From positions 7 to 64,006 of the forward strand of contig CALBDW010000092.1 in assembly GCA_937927435.1 (NCBI GenBank): DNA of 64,000 bases. The letters are read 5' to 3'. Both the position numbers and the translations under genes were made by a program. The notes beneath the pieces were generated by a model. That model was given only the letters and a program-made list of their open reading frames with translations. It ran no database searches and had not been told where the DNA came from. The stretch's first letter is position 1. The number at the start of each line of letters is the position of its first letter. Shown here in pieces: positions 37,301 through 44,488 of the stretch. The stretch comes from an uncultured Bdellovibrionales bacterium. Lineage in GTDB: Bacteria; Bdellovibrionota; Bdellovibrionia; Bdellovibrionales; JAMPXM01.

Positions 37301-39172
37301 GTGACATCGAAAATTACGCTACCGAAATCTTTGCTCTGGTTTTTCCTGACCTACCGCTGGCCGGCGAAACTTGCGATTCTCGCGACCGCCTTGATGGCGG
37401 CTGTGTTTGGTGCGGCGGGTCCTTTGTTTCAGAAAATCTTTGTCGACCGGTTGTTGGGGTCCGAGTCGTTTGAGCGCTGGTTTGAGGCTTTGGTGTTCAT
37501 CGATCCGACCGGCGCGATTGCAGCGGCGTTCGTTTGTACGCTGATGGCGCAAGCCCTTTCTTTGGCTGCGAACTACCTCTGCGTGAAAGAGGGAGCGGTT
37601 CTTCAAGAGATCGTTTCGGAAGAGCTTTATAAGAAGATGCTTTCGATTCGCCCAGATTCGATGGGCAAAACGACCATCGGTGAAGTGGTGTCGCTTTATG
37701 CCACAGATGTCCCGGGTGCGAGCGCGATCATTGATCATGTTGGGCCCATGGCGACCAACATCATCTTTAACATGTTGATTGCTCCGCTTGCCGTGGTGAT
37801 GGTGGCGCCGATTCCGTTGGGACCGACATTGGCCGTCATGGGCGTGCTGGTTTGCCTCATCTTCCTCCTTTCAGCAAGGCAGAGCCGTTTTTTCGCTAAG
37901 TACAAGCGGCTCGCGGCCGAGCGGACCGGCATCGTGAACGAATGGATTCAAACGATTCGTCTCTTGCGTATTCTCGGATGGGTCGAGAGCTTCGAGCGGA
38001 AGATCTTTAATAAACGAATTGAGGAAACGAAAAACCGCGTCGGCATGGTTACGAACGGCCAGCTGATGAACGCCTTCGGTACATCCATCAATTTCGTGAT
38101 CAACCTGTTGGCCGTCTCGAGCCTGATTTATCTGAGCGGTGTGAAACCGACCCCGGGGGAACTGCTGGCGCTATTGTGGATATTCGGGATTTACCTAGGT
38201 CGGCCGCTCCGGCAATTGCCATGGTTCTTTACGCACTTCCTCGATGCGGTCACGTCAATGAAAAGGCTCGAGAAGTTTCTTGAGCGTCCCTCTGATGCGG
38301 GTGAGATCGAGGCTCCGAGGAATGATGAGACGCTGAAAGGCGCGTCGTTAAAAGTGCGCGGCTTAAATTTGAGAATCGGCGATCAGGAAATCCTTTCGGA
38401 TGTTAATTTCGACGTGCAGGAAGGTGAATTCGTCGCCGTGGTCGGTGAGGTGGGATCCGGAAAATCGATGCTCGCTCTCTCCTTGGTCGGCGAAACGGGC
38501 GCGACTTTTAGAGAGTTCAAGATCGGCGACGTCGACGCTTTGAAACTCAGTTTGCACGAACGCCGGCGCTATTTCGGTTTTGTCCCGCAAGAAGGCTTCG
38601 TGATGAGCGCTTCGCTCGCGGAAAACATCGTGTTTGAATACGAACCGCAATACGACCACGAAGAAAAAGTGCGGACTTCGCTCAAAGCAGCTCAATTTCA
38701 TCTGGAAAACGAGATTCAGGAAAAATCGGGTATTCGGGCGGAAATCGGCGAACGAGGTGTCAACCTGTCGGGGGGGCAGAGACAGCGTGTGTCTTTGGCT
38801 CGCGTGCACCAGTTCGATCGCCCGATCATGCTTCTTGACGATTGTTTGAGCGCGGTTGACGTCGATACTGAACGCCAGCTTCTTGAAAATCTCTTTAACG
38901 GCGAGTGGAAGAATCGGACGAAAATCCTTGTGACCCATCGTTTGTCGGTTCTTAACGTTGTTGACAGTGTCTTCCTTATGGAAGGCGGAAAGATCGTCGA
39001 TAGCGGGCCGTTTGAAGAGCTCTTGGAGCGTTCGGACCGCATGCGGGAATTTGTGGCGTCGGTTTTGCGCAGCGAAGAGAGGTCGCCTGTCGAGAAGCTT
39101 GAGACGACTGCTGAGCCGATGGATGAGGACTCGGAAGGAGGGGCGGATGTCCAAGCCGAATCGGTTTCTTGA
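37301..39172 (+). CDS. ABC exporter, fused permease/ATPase (type I exporter half-transporter)
   Basis: Six-TM N-terminal domain. Walker A GEVGSGKS, signature LSGGQRQRVSLAR, Walker B MLLDDCLSAVD. Confidence 0.9.
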   Translation: MTSKITLPKSLLWFFLTYRWPAKLAILATALMAAVFGAAGPLFQKIFVDRLLGSESFERWFEALVFIDPTGAIAAAFVCTLMAQALSLAANYLCVKEGAVLQEIVSEELYKKMLSIRPDSMGKTTIGEVVSLYATDVPGASAIIDHVGPMATNIIFNMLIAPLAVVMVAPIPLGPTLAVMGVLVCLIFLLSARQSRFFAKYKRLAAERTGIVNEWIQTIRLLRILGWVESFERKIFNKRIEETKNRVGMVTNGQLMNAFGTSINFVINLLAVSSLIYLSGVKPTPGELLALLWIFGIYLGRPLRQLPWFFTHFLDAVTSMKRLEKFLERPSDAGEIEAPRNDETLKGASLKVRGLNLRIGDQEILSDVNFDVQEGEFVAVVGEVGSGKSMLALSLVGETGATFREFKIGDVDALKLSLHERRRYFGFVPQEGFVMSASLAENIVFEYEPQYDHEEKVRTSLKAAQFHLENEIQEKSGIRAEIGERGVNLSGGQRQRVSLARVHQFDRPIMLLDDCLSAVDVDTERQLLENLFNGEWKNRTKILVTHRLSVLNVVDSVFLMEGGKIVDSGPFEELLERSDRMREFVASVLRSEERSPVEKLETTAEPMDEDSEGGADVQAESVS

Positions 39173-41048
39173 TCACGAGTCTTCGTTCCGCGGTCGCTAT
39201 TCAAAAGAGGTTTTTGAAAGCCTCTACTTCTCATATCGTCCAGTTCTCGTCCGCATCGTTTTTCTGGTTATTTGCGGCTTTTTGGGGAGACTTTTACTTC
39301 TCGCGAATACCAACATCATCGGCATTTGGGTGGACACTTACTGTGCCTCGATGGTCGGCGGCGTGCTCACCCAACAACAGTGCCGGCCGGTTCCGGAGTT
39401 TTTTAGAGGATTTGATAACGCTCAATTTTTAAAACTTTTGGCGCTCATTACGGCTTGCGGGTTTGTATTGACGGCGTTCTTTCGAATCGGTTTCTCGCGC
39501 CTATCCGCGGGTGCCGTGAGCCGTCTTTATGACGAAGTGACCCTTCGGACGTCGAGGCTTCCGATCCGGTTCTTCGACGTAAACCCGGTTGGGAGGGTCG
39601 TCACCCGGTTTTCCAGCGACTACGGCAACGTTTTCCGTCTGTTCGGCGGGCCTTTGGCGGAATTTTTCGCGATCGTTTTCGATCTCATTTGCATGGTGGC
39701 GCTCATCACGGTGGCGAGCCCGTTCTATTTGCCCATCATCGTGGTCATCGGTATCGCCAATTGCGCGGTTTATCGGCTCAACCGCGACAGACTCCGACGC
39801 GAGCGTCGCGAGCTTTCGGCGATTCGCTCGCCCTCGATTGCGCATTTCGCGGAGACTACGCAAGGAGCGAGCACGATTCGCGTGTTTGGGCGGCAGGCAA
39901 CTTTTCTCGGGAGATTCTCGAAGCTGAATTCGAGTTATCTGCGGCAAAGGGTACGCACGAACGTTGAGATCTTGAAGTTCTCTCTTCAGATGGGAACGCT
40001 CACGGCGCTTTTGCTCCTTGCCACCGGATTGATCGGACTTGCACTTGCCCGCCATGGGCTTGTCAGCGTCGGCTCCATCGGTGTCGCGTTTGCGTTCATC
40101 GTTCTTTCGGGCGTGAGCATTCAGATGTTTTTCGAATGGTTTGCGCAGTTCGAAGAGGCGATGACGGGCGTTGAGCGCTTGAACGATTATTTGCGCCGTG
40201 ATTTGGAGCCGGGCGCGAAACTGCCGTCGACAAGGCAGTTCCCGACGCATCACCCGGTTTACATGCCGGCCGAAGAGGAGGAACTCAAACGTCGCCGTCT
40301 CGTCGAGGGTCGAAGCGCGGGCGTACTGATTGAAGACCTTTGGTTCCGTTATTCGCCCGATACTCCGCCGGTCTTAAAGAATGTTTCGTTGTGCATCCGG
40401 CCAGGTGAGAAAATCGGCGTCGTCGGGCGGACCGGAAGCGGCAAAACGAGTCTCGTTCAGGCGTTGCTGTATCTCTATCCGATTGAACGCGGCCGTATCT
40501 TGATCGACGGGCAAGCGCCGGAGGTCGGACAGGAAGGTGAGGACCAAAACCGTGTTGATCTCAATCTGTTCCGGCGTAGTATCGCTTTGATCTCGCAAGA
40601 GCCGACGCTCTTCCGGGGCACTCTCCGCGAAAACCTGGATCTCATGGGGCGCCACGATGACGACCGCTTGATAGATGCCCTGAGAAGAGTCGGGCTACTT
40701 GAGTGGTTTAACGCTTTGCCTGACGGTCTTGAGTCGCAGATCGAAGAGCGGGGCCGTAACCTTTCCAGCGGTGAAAAGCAGCTTCTCTGTATGGCTCGCT
40801 GCCTTTTGCAGGATGCGCCCATCGTCGTGATGGACGAGGCCACGAGTTCGATCGATCCACAGTCGGAAGAAATACTGGTACGGGCGACCGGCGAGTTCTT
40901 TGCCGACCGAACGCAAATCATCATCGCGCACCGGCTTTCGACTTTGACCGATTGTGACCGCGTACTATGGCTTCATAAGGGCGAAGTGCGCATGTTCGAC
41001 AAGCCGGAGAAGGTGTTGCCGGTGTTTCAAAGGACGCGGCTCGCATAA
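39147..41048 (+). CDS. ABC exporter, fused permease/ATPase (probable heterodimer partner)
   Basis: Start at the ATG at 39147 (RBS GGAGGGG), overlapping the upstream gene by 26 nt. Walker A GRTGSGKTS, signature LSSGEKQLLCMAR, Walker B VVMDEATSSID. The stop TAA at 41046-41048 overlaps a repeat arm. Confidence 0.9.
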   Translation: MSKPNRFLDHESSFRGRYSKEVFESLYFSYRPVLVRIVFLVICGFLGRLLLLANTNIIGIWVDTYCASMVGGVLTQQQCRPVPEFFRGFDNAQFLKLLALITACGFVLTAFFRIGFSRLSAGAVSRLYDEVTLRTSRLPIRFFDVNPVGRVVTRFSSDYGNVFRLFGGPLAEFFAIVFDLICMVALITVASPFYLPIIVVIGIANCAVYRLNRDRLRRERRELSAIRSPSIAHFAETTQGASTIRVFGRQATFLGRFSKLNSSYLRQRVRTNVEILKFSLQMGTLTALLLLATGLIGLALARHGLVSVGSIGVAFAFIVLSGVSIQMFFEWFAQFEEAMTGVERLNDYLRRDLEPGAKLPSTRQFPTHHPVYMPAEEEELKRRRLVEGRSAGVLIEDLWFRYSPDTPPVLKNVSLCIRPGEKIGVVGRTGSGKTSLVQALLYLYPIERGRILIDGQAPEVGQEGEDQNRVDLNLFRRSIALISQEPTLFRGTLRENLDLMGRHDDDRLIDALRRVGLLEWFNALPDGLESQIEERGRNLSSGEKQLLCMARCLLQDAPIVVMDEATSSIDPQSEEILVRATGEFFADRTQIIIAHRLSTLTDCDRVLWLHKGEVRMFDKPEKVLPVFQRTRLA

Positions 41049-41702
41049 ACTGGCTCACTATTGTGGTGATGAAATGTCAAAACGCTTAAGCGGGCGTAGG
41101 ATAACTACTGCCCAGAGGAAGACAAATCGTTGAAGTCGAAGGGGCGGAAGGCTCGCTCATTAAAAAACCGCTAATAGCAGAGAGGAAACGGCAGTTACGC
41201 GGTTTTCTTTTCCAAAGACTCGTTATGAGACTGCATATAGACCGCAAGATGCGCCGCCAGGAATTCAGCGGCTTCGATTCTAAGAGTACTTCCATTTTCT
41301 TTCGGACTTGAGCAGCAAGAAAGAGAAGCTTTCGTGCGACGGTAGTGCGGCTGATATTGAGGAGAATCGTCGCTCTTCGCTGAGAAACTCCGGATGAGAG
41401 GAGCTTTCTTAAAGGCTCGTTCTTATGTCTCTTCTTTTGCTTATAACTAGGATGCAGGATCGCATAGGAGAATCCTCTCCGGCAGCGCAAACAGTGAAGC
41501 CGCTGCACGATACGCGCATCCGACTTTCGACGGTATCGACCGTTGCGTACTCCTTACGGCCGGGAGTTGGATGTCGATAGATGTCTTATGCAATAGGGAC
41601 AGTCGGGCAGCACCCGCAGGTCCAAAAGCAAGAGTCTGGCCAGCTTTTCCCTCATCGTTTACGAATCGCCTCAACTTATCCCCACGAAAGTGGGCCAGTT
41701 TG
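41047..41702. mobile_element. 656-bp unit bounded by the repeat-family arms and carrying a decayed zinc-ribbon/HTH gene (IS-like, probably a deletion derivative)
   Basis: Left arm AAACTGGCTCAC-TATT-GTGGTGATGA (41047-41072). Right arm CTTATCCCCAC-GAAA-GTGGGCCAGTTTG (41675-41702) is its imperfect reverse complement. One minus-strand gene fills the interior. Confidence 0.7.
41086..41655 (-). pseudogene. IS1-InsA-like zinc-ribbon + HTH protein gene with in-frame TAA; no DDE domain present
   Basis: Own translation: MREKLARLLLLDLRVLPDCPYCIRHLSTSNSRP*GVRNGRYRRKSDARIVQRLHCLRCRRGFSY...LLSSGVSQRRATILLNISRTTVARKL. This has the same architecture as IS1 InsA (CPxC..VRNG..QRxxCxxCR, then NGVxxRxxARIxxxxxxTxxRxL). 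The TAA is the complement of 41554-41556. Confidence 0.6.
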
Positions 41703-41818
41703 CTCTACTAAAGTCGAGGCAATACGCCTCGAAGTCCACTCTGCGCCGCAAAAATCAAAGAATACATTTTCAATTGATCCCGTTTACGCAGTACGCTCGA
41801 CCGGTGAGGGGGATTCTT

Positions 41819-43444
41819 ATGAAAATAAGGCTAGTTAGCTGGATTTTGTTCTTTAGCTTTTGTGCGATCCTGTCGTTCAACCGTGGTTTCGCTTTCGAAC
41901 GGATCCCGGGCGAATACATCGTTAAATACAAGGACAACCCTGTCATCGCCATTGCTTCTATGCGGTCGATTCCAGGCGTAATGGTTCTTTCTCACAACGA
42001 GTTCGGCCGGCTCTTGAAAGTACGTGTGAACCTCGAGGACGAGATCACAGTGCTCGACAAAATCTATAACGACCCGAATGTCGAGTACGTGGTTGCGAAC
42101 GCGAAAGTGAAGTCGTTCCTTTATTCATCCGCTGAAACGCGCGCGAATCTCCGCGAACAATGGGCTCTTACGAAAGTCCGCGCGAGAGAGGCATGGCAAC
42201 GGGCCGGTAACCGAGGCAATAAAAACATCGTTGTTGCGGTGATCGATACGGGCGTTGACTCGAATCATGAGAGCCTTCGTCCTAACATGATCGCCGGCTA
42301 TAACTTCAAAGATAACACACCGGATGCCAGCGATAAGACGAGCCCGTTCGGTAACCCCGGGCACGGCACGCACTGCGCGGGTGTTGTAGGGGCGACCGGT
42401 TTGATCGACGGTGGTGTTATCGGAATCAGCCCTGACATCTCGATCATGCCGCTAAAGTTCCTCGACGAAAGAGGACAAGGTGACCTTTACGGCGGTGTTC
42501 GCGCGATCGACTACGCGATCGAAAAAGGTGCTCACATTATTTCGGCAAGCTGGGGAGCGACGATGAGTCGTCAGCAAGCGATGCCCATCATTGAAGCTGT
42601 CAAGCGGGCAGACGATGCAGGCATTCCGTTCATTGCGGCTGCTGCCAATGATGGTCGCAATAACGATACGACTGAGGTTTATCCGACCAACGCCGGTTTG
42701 CCGAACATGATTTCCGTGGCGGCTAGCGGGCCGAATGACGAAAAACCGTCGTGGTCGAACTACGGTAGAAAGAATGTGCACCTCGCTGCTCCCGGCGTTG
42801 ATATCATGAGCACGCTGCCGGGTAATAAGTATGGTAATCTTTCCGGCACGTCGATGGCGACTCCGCTCGTCTCCGGTCTGGTTGCTTTCTTGAAAGCTCA
42901 AGATCCGTCGCTCACGGGAGCCGAAGCTCGCGCGCTCCTGCAGCTGACGGGCGCGAAAGCTCAAGTGACGACCGCATGCAACTGCCGTGTCGACGCTTAT
43001 GCGGCCGTTGACGCGCTCTTAAGCAAGAAGATGTTCATCGTTCCGGCCGCGGCCACGATCAAGCCGGGTGAGACCTTGCAGTTCTCGACGAAGTTCGGTG
43101 TTGCGCCGTTTACTTTTAGCGTTTCCAATCCCTCGGTTGGAAGTATCACGAACGACGGTCTCTTCACGGCTTCCGGTGTCGGCACGACGACCGTTACGGT
43201 TCGGGACTCAAGCGGACAAGTCTCGACCTCGCTTGATATCAATGTCGCCAACGACGGTGGTAGCGGCGGTGGCGGCGGTGGTGGCGGTGGCGGTGGTGGC
43301 GGCGGCGGCGGCTTCCCGTTCCCCTTCCCGCCGGGTGACGGTGGCGGCGGCGGTGGCGGAGGAGGCGAATGTCCGCTTGGCGATCAGCAGCTTTGCGATA
43401 TCCTCTGCCAAATTTCGCCGAATCTACCGATCTGTAATAAGTAA
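41819..43444 (+). CDS. secreted subtilisin-like S8 serine peptidase with Ig-like domain, poly-Gly tracts and Cys-rich tail
   Basis: Start at the ATG at 41819 (RBS GAGGGGG) with signal peptide MKIRLVSWILFFSFCAILSF. Catalytic triad contexts VAVIDTGVD, HGTHCAG and SGTSMATP. Big_2-like segment IKPGETLQFS..VTVRDSSGQ. Then G18, FPFPFPPGD, G10 and ECPLGDQQLCDILCQISPNLPICNK. Confidence 0.85.
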   Translation: MKIRLVSWILFFSFCAILSFNRGFAFERIPGEYIVKYKDNPVIAIASMRSIPGVMVLSHNEFGRLLKVRVNLEDEITVLDKIYNDPNVEYVVANAKVKSFLYSSAETRANLREQWALTKVRAREAWQRAGNRGNKNIVVAVIDTGVDSNHESLRPNMIAGYNFKDNTPDASDKTSPFGNPGHGTHCAGVVGATGLIDGGVIGISPDISIMPLKFLDERGQGDLYGGVRAIDYAIEKGAHIISASWGATMSRQQAMPIIEAVKRADDAGIPFIAAAANDGRNNDTTEVYPTNAGLPNMISVAASGPNDEKPSWSNYGRKNVHLAAPGVDIMSTLPGNKYGNLSGTSMATPLVSGLVAFLKAQDPSLTGAEARALLQLTGAKAQVTTACNCRVDAYAAVDALLSKKMFIVPAAATIKPGETLQFSTKFGVAPFTFSVSNPSVGSITNDGLFTASGVGTTTVTVRDSSGQVSTSLDINVANDGGSGGGGGGGGGGGGGGGGFPFPFPPGDGGGGGGGGGECPLGDQQLCDILCQISPNLPICNK

Positions 43445-43465
43445 GGTACCGTTCCTACGGCCCCA

Positions 43466-43503
43466 AAAGCTCGGGAGGTTTCTCCCGGGCTTTTTTATTT
43501 TTA
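43466..43503 (+). terminator. intrinsic terminator after the S8 peptidase gene
   Basis: AAAGCTCGGGAG-GTTT-CTCCCGGGCTTT stem-loop followed by TTTTTTATTTTT. Confidence 0.7.
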
Positions 43504-43530
43504 ACTGGCTTACTGTCGTGGTGATGGGAA
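43501..43530 (+). repeat. singleton arm of the repeat family
   Basis: TTAACTGGCTTAC-TGTC-GTGGTGATGGGAA. Its complement encodes the last 7 codons and the stop (..CFPSPRQ*) of the minus-strand gene. Confidence 0.8.
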
Positions 43531-44183
43531 GCAGTCGGGGGCATACATATAGCTGTGATAAGCCTTCCAAAACGAATCCGCGCACGGCCCCATTATCGAT
43601 CCCGTATCATCGTGACATAAATCGTGATCGAAGCATTCTTGGGTATACTGGTTCTTGCGCCATTGCATGAATTGATAACACCCGACTCCGCAACGGCCTC
43701 GGCAGCGCGTGGGCGGATCGCCGACGATTGATGATGAAATGACCGGCTGTCCGTCCACGAAATAAGTTCCGGTGTGGTGTTGGCCGATCAACTGACAGAT
43801 CATCGTGTATTTATTGTTTCGGTCGCGGAGCAGAGTTTTCTCGGTCACTTCATCGAACTCGGGAACGGCTTCGTTAGGCTCGACGAAGTTCGCAATGAAA
43901 TCGAGAAGGATAAATGTCCGTGGATCGAGCGAATCGTTTCCGGAGTTTGAGAGGGTGTCGCGAACAACGTTTTGATCATCTTCACTAAGGAATGGCGGTT
44001 AAGTGTCATCGTCACGACGTCGAAGCGTTCTGAGTGAACGCAAATTTCCGCAGTTAAAGATTTTGAGCGCCAATCTGCTCGGCAATTCTTCTCGCTGAAA
44101 AGGGGGCTGTAATCGAGGGCGACTGAGAATCGTGGGAAAAAGAAAAGAGCCAGGATGAAGGCGAATGTCTGCATGGTAGACAT
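43510..44183 (-). pseudogene. secreted Cys-rich protein with phospholipase-A2-like C-x-x-H-D-x-C motif, frameshifted
   Basis: ORF 43845-44183 (signal peptide MSTMQTFAFILALFFFPRFSVA...) and ORF 43510-43848 are one gene. The downstream frame is open upstream to 43998 and reads PPFLSEDDQNVVRDTLSNSGNDSLDPRTFILLDFIANFVEPNEAVPEFDEV... Adding one G to the GG at 43997-43998 joins them (..TMTLNPPFLSEDD..). C-terminal motif: CRGRCGVGCYQF...ECFDHDLCHDD. Confidence 0.5.
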
Positions 44184-44229
44184 GGTCCCACTATTAGATG
44201 GGTTTGCTTTTAACCGTCAACGGCACCGC

Positions 44230-44328
44230 AAACTGGGCTCACTCTAATGGTGAAAGATTAAAAGGAGCTGAATAGATAGGCATTCCGAAGCCAATTTTTG
44301 TCATCCCCACAATAGTGAGCCAGTTTAA
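44230..44328. repeat. 99-bp head-to-head doublet of the repeat family
   Basis: AAACTGGGCTCAC-TCTA-ATGGTGAAAG (44230-44256, with one extra G), then a 44-bp unique centre, then TCATCCCCAC-AATA-GTGAGCCAGTTTAA (44301-44328). Confidence 0.85.
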
Positions 44329-44488
44329 GGCGCTAACTAAGCTGAGCGGCGCATAAAAAGTGACGAAAATTCGCCGTTTTCAACTGATTTGGATTGTAGA
44401 GACCACAGAGAGCGGCATATAGCTGGGCAAACAGCCAAAATGCACAAGATAGGTACGTTGCATTAATTTTGCAGTCGCTCCAATAGGT

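Noticed and set aside
41063-41072. The GGTGATG inside the arm resembles the terminal GGTGATG of IS1 inverted repeats.
   Set aside because: In IS1 this heptamer is the outermost end of the element. Here it is the innermost part of the arm, about 16 nt from the outer end, so the polarity does not correspond. It is treated as coincidence pending a proper alignment.
41690-41818. The tracked start of the S8 peptidase ORF at 41690 (MGQFALLKSRQ...) and ORF 41447-41674 (minus strand).
   Set aside because: The first 43 codons of the 41690 ORF begin inside the right repeat arm (41675-41702) and continue through the upstream spacer, with no signal peptide. The ATG at 41819 has a strong RBS and a signal peptide. 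ORF 41447-41674 is an alternative frame of the InsA-like pseudogene region.
43255-43370. Tandem GGY-rich repeats here and at 16795-16900, considered as CRISPR-like or other structured repeats.
   Set aside because: They are in-frame codon repeats encoding poly-Gly/Gly-rich tails of clear protein genes. There is no repeat-spacer periodicity, and no CRISPR array was recognised anywhere in the window.
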